Source: Octopus vulgaris (Eukaryota). From it: a stretch of 64,000 nucleotides of DNA. Both the position numbers and the translations under genes were made by a program. The stretch is taken from contig OX597819.1 of NCBI GenBank assembly GCA_951406725.2, forward strand, positions 5,022,001-5,086,000, read 5' to 3'. Under the pieces are notes generated by a model. That model was not told the DNA's origin. It did no database searches and was given only the letters and a program-made list of their open reading frames with translations. Shown piece after piece: positions 49,996 through 63,452 of this stretch (positions are counted from its first letter, which is position 1; every line of letters begins with the position of its first letter).

Positions 49996-50056
49996 ATTTT
50001 ATTTCGTTTTTGGATTTGGTTTGCAAGATTCTTTATGTGAGTTCGTGTGTTGTAGC

Positions 50057-50321
50057 ATATTCTGTTGTGTCTGGGGAGAGTCATTTTCTTTTTGTGCCTT
50101 ATAATGTAACACACTCACCAGTAAAACTTCCCACTTATTTCTTATTTTTATTTTCCTAAAATTTTCATTGTGTTTTGCAGCCTTTTCAATAGACTATTGA
50201 AAAGGTAGCAAGATGCAATGAAAATTTTAGAAAATAAGAAATAAGTGGAAATTTTACCAGTGAGTGTGTTAAATTATAAGGCACAAAAAGAAAATGACTC
50301 TCCCCAGACACAACAGAATAT
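50057..50321. repeat. ~130-bp fold-back inverted repeat with a hammerhead-like core at the apex
   Basis: Arms atattctgttgtgtctggggagagtc... and ...gactctccccagacacaacagaatat; apex tcaatag-a-ctattga at 50193. Confidence 0.9.
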
Positions 50322-50438
50322 AATTTTATGTTCTAATCCATGAACAGTTTCAGTATACAGGACAAACTGAATGCTTTCGTATTCAGTGATTGTTGTTTAT
50401 CCTGCAACCCTCTGTCAAGAGAATTGCTGTATTATAAA

Positions 50439-50833
50439 CTAGCAGTATTGCCCGGCGTTGCTTGGGTTTGTAAGGGAAATAACTATATAAGCATTTTTAG
50501 AGATGTAAAGTATAATAGCCATCTCAATATGGCTAACCACAAAGGATGGGGTTACTGTAGCTTTTTACGTTCTGAGATTTAATAATAAATTTTTAGAGAG
50601 TTACTTCCCTTATATATGCCAAAAATGCATTAAAAATGGGAAAAATTGATGGTAAATTTTTTTTAAAATCGTAGACTCATCGTAGACGCGCGCTAATGCC
50701 CAGAAGGGCTCGATATGAATCACAACTATAAGATACCCGGTTTTGGTTAAACTGCACCGCAAAATGTGGGAGTAGTTAGGAATCTAAATCGTAGGAGACA
50801 GACAGCACACAACCTCTTTTTTATATATAAAGA
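50439..50833 (-). mobile_element. Non-autonomous Helitron
   Basis: Minus strand a|TCtttatatataaaa ... hairpin cccaagcaacgccggg ... CTAG|t; ends resemble 29011-29416 but the interior differs. Confidence 0.78.
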
Positions 50834-51604
50834 TATGGAGCTGACAGTTAATTTGAACAAAGATGTCATGGTCCTCCTCATCGTCATTGTCAGTAATTAA
50901 AGAAATAGGAGCAATGATTAAGACGTAAGGTAGAATAAATATAGACAAAAGATTAAGAAAACCTCTCCATGCTTAGATTGGACACAAGCAAACTTTTGGG
51001 GGAAGCAGAGAGCATGGAGCATAGCTCAGTATCATGTGATCCACACTACTAAAAGAATTCAAGGTTATTTTTCATTTGGCATGCCATTCAGAGAGTCTTG
51101 TGGGCTGCAGTCTTGTGCCCATCACTGGTTTTCATGCTTCAATTACTTTAATAATCATATCTGTAATTCACATGTTTGGTTCTGAGTTCAAACTTGGGTT
51201 ATGGATATATAAAAAAATCAGGCACTTGAAAATGATTGGGGAAATATTCATCAAGATGTTAGTGTTAACAGAAAAATCCTACGTACACGTACATGCAAGA
51301 TAAGTAGTTTAGAAACAGCAAACTACATTAACTTACAACACATGTAATACATAAACTATAATATTGATAGCCCTGAATCTTGGTATAAGTACATGAATAA
51401 AACTTAAAACTGGCTAATTTTGCATGAAACAAAGGTCAGTTTGTTGTTTTGTATTTCAGCTGATAAATGTTGCTTGCTATAGCAAGCTGTAACTTGTTGA
51501 GTATTTTACTCTGTATACAGGAAATGTGAAAAAGAAGCAATTAGTAAATTATTAACAAATGGTCACTTCTTTTAATATAGTAGAAATTTTCATTGCATGA
51601 TAAA

Positions 51605-51829
51605 CTCTTTAGCATGTAAGCCAGCCATATCCAGCCCAAATATTCTACCAGTTTTATGTTCAAACTGACCAAATCCGGTTTTTTACAATGTCATTCAAAC
51701 CTTACAGTGTCATTCAAAAAATAGACAGTTGCATCATTGAAATCTCAAAGCTATGAGATAATGCATTATTATTTCAAAACATTGTAAATAAATGAGGATT
51801 ACGCTTAACAGTATCTGAATGTTAAAGGG
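51605..51829. mobile_element. piggyBac-type MITE (diverged)
   Basis: Interior matches 19407-19625; ends ctctttagca...ttaaaggg. Confidence 0.7.
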
Positions 51830-51850
51830 TTTAATTTTAAACAATATGTT

Positions 51851-52261
51851 ACTCTTTACTCTTTTACTTGTTTCAGTCATTTGACTGCGGCCATGCTGGA
51901 GCACCGCCTTTAGTCGAGCAAATCGATCCCCGGACTTATTCTTTGTAAGCCCAGTACTTATTCTATCGGTCTCTTTTGCCGAACCGCTAAGTGACGGGGA
52001 CGTAAACACACCAGCATCGATTGTCAAGCAATCCTAGGGGGACAAACACAGACACACAAACACACACACACATATATATATATACATATACATATATACG
52101 ACAGGCTTCTTTCAGTTTCCGTCTACCAAATCCACTCACAAGGCATTGGTCGGCCCAGGGCTATAGCAGAAGACACTTGCCCAAGATGCCATGCAGTGGG
52201 ACTGAACCCGGAACCATGTGGTTGGTTAGCAAGCTACTTACCACATAGCCACTCCTGCGCC
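51851..52261 (-). mobile_element. SINE-A, young full length
   Basis: Reverse complement of the reference copy; tatgtt on both flanks is a possible TSD. Confidence 0.93.
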
Positions 52262-52542
52262 TATGTTGTGGCATATCTTTTGTGATATTGCTCCTTTAGT
52301 TAGAGAATCTTTCTTCTGCTAAATCCAACATCAGTGCTGCACATATAACTATATACAAAGCTTGTGTTCTCTTTTAGTATGTCAAAACAATTTCGAAATA
52401 TTCTACAGTATATTGGAATTAAGGATACCTATAATTTAACCACTCTTCATGCACTTCATAATCATCCCCAAATATTGTGTTACTAAATGTTTGAAGTATG
52501 GAACAAACTGCCAGCATCAGTTGTTAGTTGTCGGAGCACTGC

Positions 52543-52741
52543 ATCCTTCAAAACTTCCATGCTTCCTGAGATTCGCCAACACTACACCTGATTTTCTCCC
52601 CTCCATACACACACAAGCATGTATCTGACTCATACACTGTTCACTTTCCAGACATTTGTACATTACTGTATATACTTTATATGCACTTTTGACAAGTTGT
52701 GCTGCACCTGAGCACTGTATACAATAATTTCATAATTATTT
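52543..52741 (+). mobile_element. Probable LINE (CR1/L2-like) 3' end
   Basis: SFKTSMLPEIRQHYT* followed by a UTR ending gcacctgagcactgtatacaataatttcataattatt. Confidence 0.4.
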
Positions 52742-52872
52742 ATTTAAATATTCATTTTCCTGTGTTAGCAAATGTAGGACATGGACTTGTAAATCTAATC
52801 CCATTGATACCAACCTGTCTGAAACAGCCCCTAGTTCTATGATATAAACCTTCCATTTAAAATGATGATGAT

Positions 52873-53095
52873 CAGTATCATATAGTGTCCATTTTCCACG
52901 CTGGCATGGGTAAGACGGTTTGACTAGAACTGGTTAACCAGAGAGCTGCACCAGAGTGTACAGGGTGTCCTTTATGTGTCACTCATATGGGTTCCTTTTG
53001 CATGTCACCTGCATGGGTGCCTTTTATGTGTCACTAACACAGGTGCCTTTTACATGTCACTGGTGCAGGTGCCTTTTGCATGTCACTGGCACAGC
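52873..53095 (-). mobile_element. Old RTE 3'-UTR fragment with ~5 degenerate 26-bp units
   Basis: tttccacgctggcatggg... then ggtgccttttatgtgtcact repeats, the reverse complement of the 16415-17000 unit. Confidence 0.65.
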
Positions 53096-53917
53096 TTCCC
53101 ACAAAATTTCATTTTCATTAATGCTCCAATTACAAACTTAACAGTGATAAGGTTATTTTGCTAAGTTCTCCATGTTTTGAAATTAAATAAAACAAGGATT
53201 AAATATCAACAGAAATATGGTGATAAAAGGGTTAATCATTTGCATGCTGTTGCAAATTATTTTATAGCTAGAAGTCCTTCATGCCACTGATCATTGTCAA
53301 TAAAGATGTAGAATCTTTTCAGTTGAAATATTCAGAGTAATATAATTTAGAAACTATAAAAATGTAATATATAGCTTGAGAACTGTCTATTCTGTCTTGG
53401 TTAGATTATTATAACCACCATTGGTATCATACTAAATGACTCACTTTACAGTAATTAAGTTTCAAACTTCTACCCTTGGCATTTGACTTTGCCTTTTATC
53501 CTTACAGAACCAATAAAATAAATACACATTATATACTGAAATTGATTCAAGCAACTATATCAACTATATGCTCCCCTACAAATTTGTGATACTATACTAG
53601 TGTAAAGAATCACTGTCATGTTGCATAAATCTTAATTTTTTTTTCATAATTAAAAAGAATAGGTGTAAAAGTGAACAAAAAAAATGATTATTTTTGTCCT
53701 CACATATTATGGATTGAAACACCTAAATATAGATTGTCATGATAATGAAATGATATAATGATAATAAGACAAAACCTCATTGATCCAGTCGATACATTCT
53801 GTCTGGTCAAACAAGGTTTGAGATACTGCAAACACTGGTAAGTAATCAATAATTTCATTGAGCTCAGATGAAACAGCCACAATAGAGACTGTGATATATG
53901 CTGACTTGCAGTTTGGT

Positions 53918-54280
53918 GAGGTATGGTTGTGTGGTAAGAAGCTTGCTTCCCAACCACGTGGTCTCAAGTTCGGTCCCTCTGCATGACACCTTGGAAAAGT
54001 GTCTTCTACTAAGCCTCCGATCAACCAAAGTCTTGTGAGTGGATTTGGTAGGTGGAAACTGAAAGAAGCCTGTTGTGTGTGTGTGTGTCTGTGTTCGTCC
54101 CTCACCACTGCTTGACAACTGGTGTTGGTGTGTTTATGTCCCTGTAAACTTAGTGGTTCAGCAAAAGAGAGTGATAAAATGAGTTCCAGGATTTAAAAAA
54201 AATATGTACCGGGGGTCAATTCATTTGACTAAAAAACATGGCCACAGTCTAATGACTGAAACAAGTAAAAGGTGAAAGAA
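53918..54280 (+). mobile_element. SINE-A, diverged full length
   Basis: ggtatggttgtgtggtaagaagcttgcttcccaaccac... shows the uninterrupted target site. Confidence 0.85.
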
Positions 54281-56077
54281 GATATAACATTGTTTATAGA
54301 TCTTCAGAACATTAGTGTATGTTTCCATTTGTATTTGTATATTGAAATTTGGGTCAAAAGTGGTGTTTTGAAACATCAACTTGTTTAAAGAAATATTTTC
54401 ATTTTGAGCTATCACTCTTGACTCACTTTTTCTCCTCTTCTTTACATAATTTCTATTGTCAAACTCCCTAGACAACCCCTCACTAATTAATAGTCATTTC
54501 TTCATATAATGTTAGTCTTCTGGAATTTCCTTCTTGCACATCATTCTTGCAGTTGTTGATCTGCAACAGTTTAAATCCTGTTCAGAGCCATAGCAATAGC
54601 CCCTTCCTCTAGACCAAAGTAAGAAAAATAATAAAAAAGTGTATAGGTTAGGAAAATAATTTCACTGCTTTGTAATAGTGTTTTAGAAAATAAAAATCGG
54701 AGAATGACTTGCAACAGGAAATGCAGAATGGCACTTTTAAAGTGGGGTATTGCCTGAACCTGATGCCTTACTGTTTCTTAACTTTTTGGCATTTTTAAAC
54801 TGTATGGATTGGCAGGCTATCTACTACTTTGTGGTTGAAGAAAGGACTGTTGTCAAGTTCAGTGTTGTGTGGCTCTGTATTACCAAATAACAATCTAAAG
54901 TGCAGAAACCAGGCATCTGAATATTGGTCAGTATATTCTCCATCAACAGTGGTTGATAAGTTACTGTGTGATCAAAACACATCAGTCTTTGAAACAAATC
55001 AACTGGGGAAAAGTAGCAAATGATGTTTACTTAGGCAAGGAATTTACTATTGCAGTACATAACAGGTTCATCAATCTGTAACAGGGTTGAAGATGAGAAT
55101 CAGTGCCCACACCAAACAGACACATGGCACTAGAATTGTTCCCAGAGACATTTTTGTTCTCACTAAGCAAGCAACAAGACCCAGAGAGCCAAAAACATCA
55201 ATCTTGATCCACTAAGGATCCTGAAATGAAGCTCTCTTATGACTGCATGGTAAGTTTAACCGTTATTGCTGATATTGGAACTTAAATGTCATTATCTTCA
55301 CCTAGTTGAATTGATAATTCTCCAGTGGAAAATGATATCAACTCTTCTCAGCTACAAAGGTCACCATAAACACTTCCTTTCAACATAAAATATTTGCAAC
55401 ACTCATATCCATAAATAGCAAATGCAGTCAGAAGCTCTCTTAACATTTACCATTATAAATAACAATGCAGGTACTTTTAAACAAGAAAGTTCTTTGATTT
55501 CTGCAACAACTCAAAGAATAACTAAAGTATTGTCTTATTTCTAAAACAATCCTTCGACTCAATCTCAACTTAAAATTAGATTCTTTCATATTCGCTGCTG
55601 CCAAAATATTAATATAACTTGAAGATTTAATATAATTTGAAACTTTTGTCTTCTGTGGCATTTAGGACTTTTTCATGAAGTTGTTTATTTTATTTGTATA
55701 AAAAACTCAGTGGGCCTGGTGCAATTTATTTTTAATAATCTTAAAGATAGATTGAATTGAGCTAACTGACATGCCTATTGGTTATTAAATTAGTCTTTTT
55801 TAAATTTATTTTTTGTTTGTACAGTTGAATTATTCAAGTGTTGCATTTCTAACAGTTAAACATTAGGTTATTGTTACACTGAGATTCTTACAAGATATTC
55901 TATGTGTATGTATGCACATGGTTTTTTATGTATACTTTTCCAAGTTGTTTTTATTCCATATTTATCAAGCAAGCTATAATGTAGCTCTATATATCCTCAA
56001 TAATAGCTAATTATTTATTGAGTATTTTGTGATCATAAACCTAATTTCAATTGGCTAGAATTTGTTATATTTAACAT

Positions 56078-56303
56078 GCGAGCTGGCAGAAACGTTAGCA
56101 CGCCGGGCGACCTGTGTAGCTGTATTTCATCTGCTGTTATGTTCCGAGTTCAAATTCCGCTGAGGTCGACTTTGCTTTTCATCCTTTCGGGGTTGATAAA
56201 TTAAGTACCAGTTACACACTGGGGTCGATGTAATCGACTTAATCTCTTTGTCTGTCCTTGTTTGTCCCCTCTGTGTTTAGCCCCTTGTGGGTAGTAAAGA
56301 AAT
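56078..56303 (+). mobile_element. SINE-B, single unit
   Basis: gcgagctggcagaaacgttagc...gagttcaaattcc...tttcatcctttcggggttgataaattaagtaccag...gtagtaaagaaat. Confidence 0.88.
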
Positions 56304-57316
56304 ATATATCTAATATCCTATACACACTTACATAAACACACCTGAAGTTTATTCAGACTGATTGTATCTCAAAACTCGTTTCATTCCATTGTTATGGCTC
56401 TCCTTAATTGCAAAAGACTCCCAAGTCTTCTGAAATCTATAAACATTTCCAATAAGCATGGAATATTTTCAACATCGATATCCTTAAATGGTGTGTGAGT
56501 TCTTATTTATGTCTGTTCATTATTATTTTTTTTCACACCTGTTAATTGGCTGTTATTTTTATTCCCCTTCCTTCGTTATTTTCTGTGGCTTAGTGTTTAC
56601 TGCCATTAAATTTGTTGATGACGGGTGTTGTTTTTAATTATTTGTGATTTCTTTTTGTTGTTATTTTGTTGTTTATTCATTAAGTTGATCTATTAATCAA
56701 AATAAGCTGCTTGTTTTTTGTTTTTTTTTTTCCCTTTGGTCAAGTTTTTGTAGATAAGAACATTTAATAGTGTTTCATAGAAGTGGTTTTGTTCATGTCA
56801 GTTTTATTTCAGTCAAGGTCAGAAGGTTTTAAAAAACTTGTTTGTTAATATATTTTGTTGGCGAGGGCTATACTGCAGTTATTGCTTTCATTTTGTTGTT
56901 TTATTGATTTTTATTGTTATTGACAATGTTGTTTTTGTTTTGTTTTGTTTGTTTTTGAATGAATCAAAAATGTATGAAAGAGGTTGAGAGTATTTCAGAT
57001 TGTAGACTGTGTTTCACAGTTGACCTTTGCTAAACTTTGTTTTGAATTTTGTTTCGGTCAAGATTAAAGCATTTAAATGAGCAGAGAATGTGGTTTTGCT
57101 TATTGAAATTGTGCATTAAGGATTTTTGTCTACTAATTAGTTAAATCTGTTCTTGTTTTCCATTGGAACGTTTGAGAGTGTCCTACTGTTGGTATGTATC
57201 ATCTTATGTAGTCGCTATTGTTAATGTGTATTGAATTTGGTTTTGGTCAAGAATAAGTATAAATCATTTTGGTGTATTTTTGTGTCTTTCAGTCGGGGTT
57301 CATTTCTATCTTGTGT

Positions 57317-57543
57317 CTCTTTTACTCTCTTTTACTTGTTTCAGTCATTTTGACTGCGGCCATGCTGGAGCACCGCCTTTAGTCGAGCAAATCGACCCCG
57401 GGACTTATTCTTTGTAAGCCTAGTACTTATTCTATCAGTCTCTTTTGCCGAACCGCTAAGTGACGGGGTCGTATACACTCCAGCATCGGTTGTCAAGCAA
57501 TGCTAGGGGGACAAACACGGACACACAAACACACACACACACT

Positions 57544-57594
<51 letters not shown>

Positions 57595-57739
57595 GACGGG
57601 CTTCTTTCAGTTTCCGTCTACCAAATCCACTCACAAGGCTTTGGTCAGCCTGGGGCTATAGCAGAAGACACTTGCCCAAGGTGCCACGCAGTGGGACTGA
57701 ACCCGGAACCAAGCTACTTACCACACAGCCACTCCTGCG

Positions 57740-57741
<2 letters not shown>
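57317..57741 (-). mobile_element. SINE-A, young copy with expanded microsatellite and a small deletion in the head
   Basis: Reverse complement of the reference copy; lacks ~13 nt between ggaacc and aagctac. Confidence 0.92.
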
Positions 57742-57787
<46 letters not shown>

Positions 57788-59264
57788 TATGTATACACAC
57801 ATATGTATGTATGTGTGTGTTAAATCCAATTCTTTCTGTGCAAATAGCTTAGAGGAAGGAAGATCTCCAGGCTAACTCCTGTAATGTTTTCATCACTGGT
57901 TTTACTGGATTTGCAACCAAAATTTTTACAGAGGCTATGGATTATGTCTCTCAAGTTCTGAAAGTATTGAATTTTCAAAACTGTGGTAATTTTTCTTCTT
58001 ACATTCTATATTTTTAAAAATCTAACTGTTTTATTTCCCTCTATACCAAGTATAACTTGTCTTTTGTTTTCAATGAGATTGATAAAAATAGGTTCATGAC
58101 AAAATACTAAGGCTGATACAATGATTTAACATATTGCACGAACGTGGCCAAAATGCATTGACTGAAACCAGTAAAAGAATGAAAGAATTAGATTATTTTG
58201 CTGCACTATAGTTTTCTATCAAGTGTATTACTCCCTATCATTCAATATAGCTGCCAGACTTACAGTAGACTGGTCAATACTGGCTGGTTTATTTCATTGG
58301 TACTAATGGCAAGCTATGAATATTAACACCAGGGACCAGTCCTGAATATCAACATTGGTTATTGATTTTAAGTAGAATGGTTGGAGCATGAAATTTGATA
58401 TTCTATTCTCAGAATGACTGTATTTGACCAAGTAATTTTCTCTCTCCTCATTTGTCACATGAGATAAAAATATTAAAAAAAAGACAACCAAAAAAGAAAC
58501 AAGAAAAAAATTATGGTCACTGAGCTGAAATGTGTTTGCAGTGTTGAATGTATTGGCAAAATCAAACAGATTCATAGATTGATTGATTGACTGATAAATT
58601 TGCAACCATTAGTGTTAATAGAACTGAAAAATTATTGAAAAAAGATAACACGATTGTGTGGAAGAGATAATTCTACAGTGTGTGTTTCTGTGTGTGTGTA
58701 AAATATATAGTTAGTGCTTCATTTAAGTTGATAAAAGGCATTTAATTAGTTGTAGCAAATAAAGAAGATACTAATGAACTGTTTCAACACTCTAGATTAA
58801 AAATATTTAAACATAACAACCTTCATCGTTTATAATTATTTAACTTTTTCATCATTAAACTGCCTGGCATGGAAATAGTGCTCTTTGATCCAATCACCAT
58901 ACCTGTCTTTGATGACATATTAACATATATTGCATAGAATACCTTTACATTCAAAATTTTATCTCACCAACACTTGTAAATGAATTACTAATTGTCATAA
59001 TCAAATTACTCAAATGTGTTGGTTGAAAATTCATTTATTTCATTTTCCTTGTTACTTTATGTCAAAGACAAACTTTAAAACAACGGCAGAAGTATTGAGT
59101 TTGAAGTTAGTTTTCAAAATTAATGATATCTCATATCTGATATGTAGTTGATATTTATTTGTATATGAGGTGAAGTATGAACATGCATTGTTGTCATTTA
59201 GTTCATGTCAGCTTAGTGTACCAATGACTACAAGATCCAGTATGTTCTTTTTTAAAAATTTTCA

Positions 59265-59630
59265 TTCTTTTACTTGTTTCAGTCCTTTGACTGCAGCCAT
59301 GCTGGAGCACTGCCTCAAAAGGTTTTAGTCGAAGAAATCAACACCAGGGCTTATTTTTTTTATGCCTAGTACTTATTCCGTTGGTCTCTTTTTCTGAACC
59401 ACTAAGTTATGAGGACATAAACACACCAACACTGGTTGTCAGTCAGTGATGGGGGAAAACACACACACACACACAATGGGCTTCTTTCAGTTTCCATTTA
59501 CCAAATCCACTCACAATGCTTTGGTCAGCTTGAGTTCACTGTAGAAGACACTTGCCCAGGGTGCCACACAGTGGGACTGGACCCAGAACCATGTGGTTTT
59601 GAAGCAAGCTTCTTACCACACAGCCATACC
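59265..59630 (-). mobile_element. SINE-A
   Basis: cttttacttgtttcagtcc ... cttcttaccacacagcca. Confidence 0.85.
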
Positions 59631-61295
59631 AAAGATAGTTATTTCTAGTAGATTAAACAACCACAATGAGGTTCCTGCTTTATCTTCTTGATAATAAATA
59701 GTTTTGACAGAGGATAAGGATAAAACTGGAGGATTAAAAATTTGAGTATTTTTGTGTTTTTGTTTTTCCAGTTCCTCATTTTATAGTGATTATGTTCACT
59801 CCACCACCGTTATCACCACTACCAGCATAATCATCATCACAACCACCACTATTATTATTATCATTACCACCATCACTAGGGTGATGCACATCAGAAAAAT
59901 GCTTACAGGCATTTCTTCCAGCTCTTTATGTCCTGAGTTCAAATCCCGCTGAGGTCAACTTTACCTTTCATCCTTTCAGGGTTGGTAAAGTAAGTACCAG
60001 TCAAGTACTGGGATTGGTGTAATCGACTTATCATGACCCCTCAAAATTGCTGGCCTTGAGCCAAAATTAATAAGAATTATTATTACCACCACTACCATCT
60101 TGTTTTATCATCGTTTTCCACATTGGTTTTATGCCTGTTTTCCCTTGCTAGCATAATTTGGGCAGATCCATCAACATCCTCTTCCAAAATCAGAATCCTT
60201 CGATGTATTTGATTATTAGAATCACCATCTTACATTTACCACTCTATTTTGCATCTTGTGTAATGATTGCTGACTATAGGACCTCTGAAAAGAATTTTAT
60301 TAGGGGTATACAAAGTTTCTTTTAGGTCTCCTCTTTTGCGAATGCTAGTTTATAGCATATAGTCATTTACTTTTTTCAGTCTTTCAACTTTAGAAATGCT
60401 GGGACATTGCCTTGAAGGGCTTTGTTTTTAGTCAATTATATCGACCCCTTGTCATTGCAGAATACCACCATGCAAAGCAACAATGAGCTGGTCATGTCAC
60501 AAGGTTCACAGACAGTTGGTGGACCTGTGCAGTTGTTGAGTGGTCCCCTTGCGAGCGGAAGAGACCACTCAGAAGACCTCCAGTCAGGTGCAAAGATGAT
60601 TTAAGACAAATATTTGGAACAGCATGGAGGAGAATGGTGAGAGCATGAAGGGAATGGACCAAATACTGTGGCCAGCGGAGCCAACTCAGAACTAGACAGC
60701 CTGGCTGATCCAAGTGATACTGACCCCAGTACTTCTTTCCCTTTTTTTTAAGTTTGATAATTATTTTATTGATTTTGTTGAACTGCTAAGTTACAGGACA
60801 TGGAGCACAAAACAGTGTCAACACTGAGATCAAGACTGACATGTAAACAAACTCTTAAAACAAAAACAAAAACTGGCACTCTGTCGGTTATGATGACGAG
60901 TGTTCCAGTTGATCCGATCAATGGAATAGCCTGCTTGTGAAATCAATGTGCAAGAGGCTGAGCATTCCACAGTTCTCAGGGAGATTCAGCTTGACACAAT
61001 GTGACAAGGCTGGTCCTTTAAAATATAAGTACCATACACACATATGGTGGGCTTCTGTCACTTTCATTCACAAGGCATTGGTTAGCCTAAAGATAAAGTA
61101 AAAAAAACCCCAAAAAAACACACACTTGCCCAGGATGCCATGCAGTGAGACCAAATTCAGAGATCTCATAGTTCTGAAGTAACCTTAGTAACCATTCCTC
61201 TATATTTGTATCTTATATTCCAATATTTCCTGAGATCCCAGGAAATTCTTGGGCCCAAGTACAGTGTATCACTTGAACCCCATTCTCTGACAGAT

Positions 61296-61680
61296 TCATC
61301 ATCATCATCATCATCATCATTTAGCATCCGCTTTCCATGCTAGCATGGGTTGGACAGTTCAACTGGGGTCTGGGAAGCCAGAAGGCTGCACCAGGCCCAG
61401 TTTGATCTGGCAATGTTTCTACAGCTAGATGGCCTTCCTAACGCCAACCACTCCATGAGTGTAGTGGGTGCTTTTTACGTGCCACCTGCACAGGCGCCAG
61501 ACAAGTCTGGCAAACGGCCACAATCGGATGGTGCTTTTTATGTGCCACCAGCACGGGGGCCAGGCGAGGCTGGCAATGGCCACGAACGGATGGTGCTTTT
61601 TATGTGCCACCAGCACGGGGGCCAGGCGAGGCTGGCAATGGCCACGAACGGATGGTGCTTTTTACGTGCCACCGGCACGA
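61296..61680 (-). mobile_element. RTE 3'-UTR fragment with (GAT)n tail and ~4 tandem units
   Basis: (cat)n ttagcatccgctttccatgctagcatggg; repeated ggatggtgctttttatgtgccaccagcacgggggccaggcgaggctggcaatggccacgaac. Confidence 0.88.
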
Positions 61681-63084
61681 GAGTTTTAAATAGCATTATC
61701 ATTTTAAATGTTTTCAATATATTATCTTTGTTTTATCTCTGTTTTTTTTTTTTGTATTCCTATTGATTTTGCAATACAAGATGAAATGTTAGCTGTGTTT
61801 ATTCCCCTGTTCTTCACTTTACTAATACTAACTTTGATTTGGAAAACTTAACTCTGCTTGTGAGTTCCAAGTGAGAAGACTTGAATGAAAACAAATCTCA
61901 TTAGATCATAGATTAAAGAAAATTGTCTATGTACATGTGTTTGTGTGTGTGTGTACAGTATATACATATACATAGTATATGGTAGGTATGTCCAAACATT
62001 TATATGGGTGTATGTGTACAAACATACTTGTATGGGTTCATGTTCATAACACATAGATGCCTATGTATGCACATATGTGCTTGTTGATATACATTTATAT
62101 ATATATATATGCACAAACATACTTTCAGAGAAACAAGCCATTAAGTTTTATAGACATTTTTTTAAATGCTGGTATGAGTTGGCTGGATCTGTAGTTTTCT
62201 CTCTAACTCTCTCTCTCTCTATCTCATAGACGTACACATGTGCACACATGCACATGCATGTACACACACACACACACGTGCATGTATGTCTATGTGTAGC
62301 CCCCTTTCTTTATTTATTGGCTTTGTAATGCTTGAGTTCGCTGCAAAAATCAATAACTCACCAAGTGTCTGCCTGTAGAAATGGTAGCATTTAAAAAAAA
62401 GTGTTAAGTTAGAAAATTCTCTGAAACAGACCAAGGAACTTTTCCTGTGAAAATGATTAATTTGTAGTTTTGGCTTCATCGACACCCAACCATATTCTTA
62501 ATTACTTTTGATGTTTGTATTCACTTCACATTGTACAATATAGACATAAGAAGAGAATAGGTGTTTCATTCTTATTGTAAAATGTTGAAATCTAAAAACA
62601 TTTACTGAAGTCCTGCAATAAATTTATTTTTGTTTAATATGGAGTTGTTTTTGAGTATCCTCAATAAACCATGTTTAAACACTCTTTGTTGTGAATAATT
62701 TTTATTATGGATGTGTCATGGAAGCTTTCAAGAATTGATACTAAACTTTGGTTTCCTAGTATTAAGTAGATGAAAATTAAATTTCTTCTGGCATAGGATG
62801 ATTGTCTATTTGAAGTAATGTTCTATGAAGAGGCAAGTCGGTCATTCAAGTGAGTTAAAGTATTCAGAATTCAGTGAACTGCCTCATATACACTAATATA
62901 TGCTGGCAGTAGATTTGAACTCAAAATATTTGAGCCTAATACCATATCTACCCAACTACTTGAATTGATCAGCTTGTCAACTGCAGCTGGGCCGTAAAAC
63001 AGCCTGAAGTAAAACAAACATTTAGAAACACATCTAGATGTCTTGAACATCCTAATTATACAACTATAGAGTATGTTATTTTTT

Positions 63085-63452
63085 GTCTTGTTGCAGTTAT
63101 TAGATTGTGGCCATGCTGGAGCATCACCTTGAGGAACTTCTAGTTGAACAAATCAACCCAAGTACTTTCTTTTTAAACAGGAACTTATTCCATCGCCCCC
63201 CCTCCTCTGCTGAATTGCCAGGTTATGGGAAATAAACATACCAACACTGGTTGTCAAGTGGTGGTGGTGGTGGGGACAAACGTACACACACGACAGGCTT
63301 CTTTCAGTTTCCATCCACCAAATCCACTCACAAGGCTTTGGTCAGCCCAAGGCTATAGTGGAAAACATCTGCTGTAAATGCCATGCAGTGGGACTGAACT
63401 TGGAACCTTGTGGTTGGGAAGCAGGCTTCTTACCACACAGTCACACCTGCAC
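63085..63452 (-). mobile_element. SINE-A
   Basis: ttgttgcagttattagattgtggccatgctggagc ... cttcttaccacacagtcacacctgcacc. Confidence 0.82.

Noticed and set aside
56450-57310. G/T-skewed tract, possible ancient LINE endonuclease on the minus strand (LTETK-like pieces)
   Set aside because: Too degenerate to support a call by eye.
57460-57852. Recurring ORFs such as DGLLSVSVYQIHSQGFG...EDTCPRCHAVGLNPEP
   Set aside because: Translations of SINE-A sequence, not a gene family.
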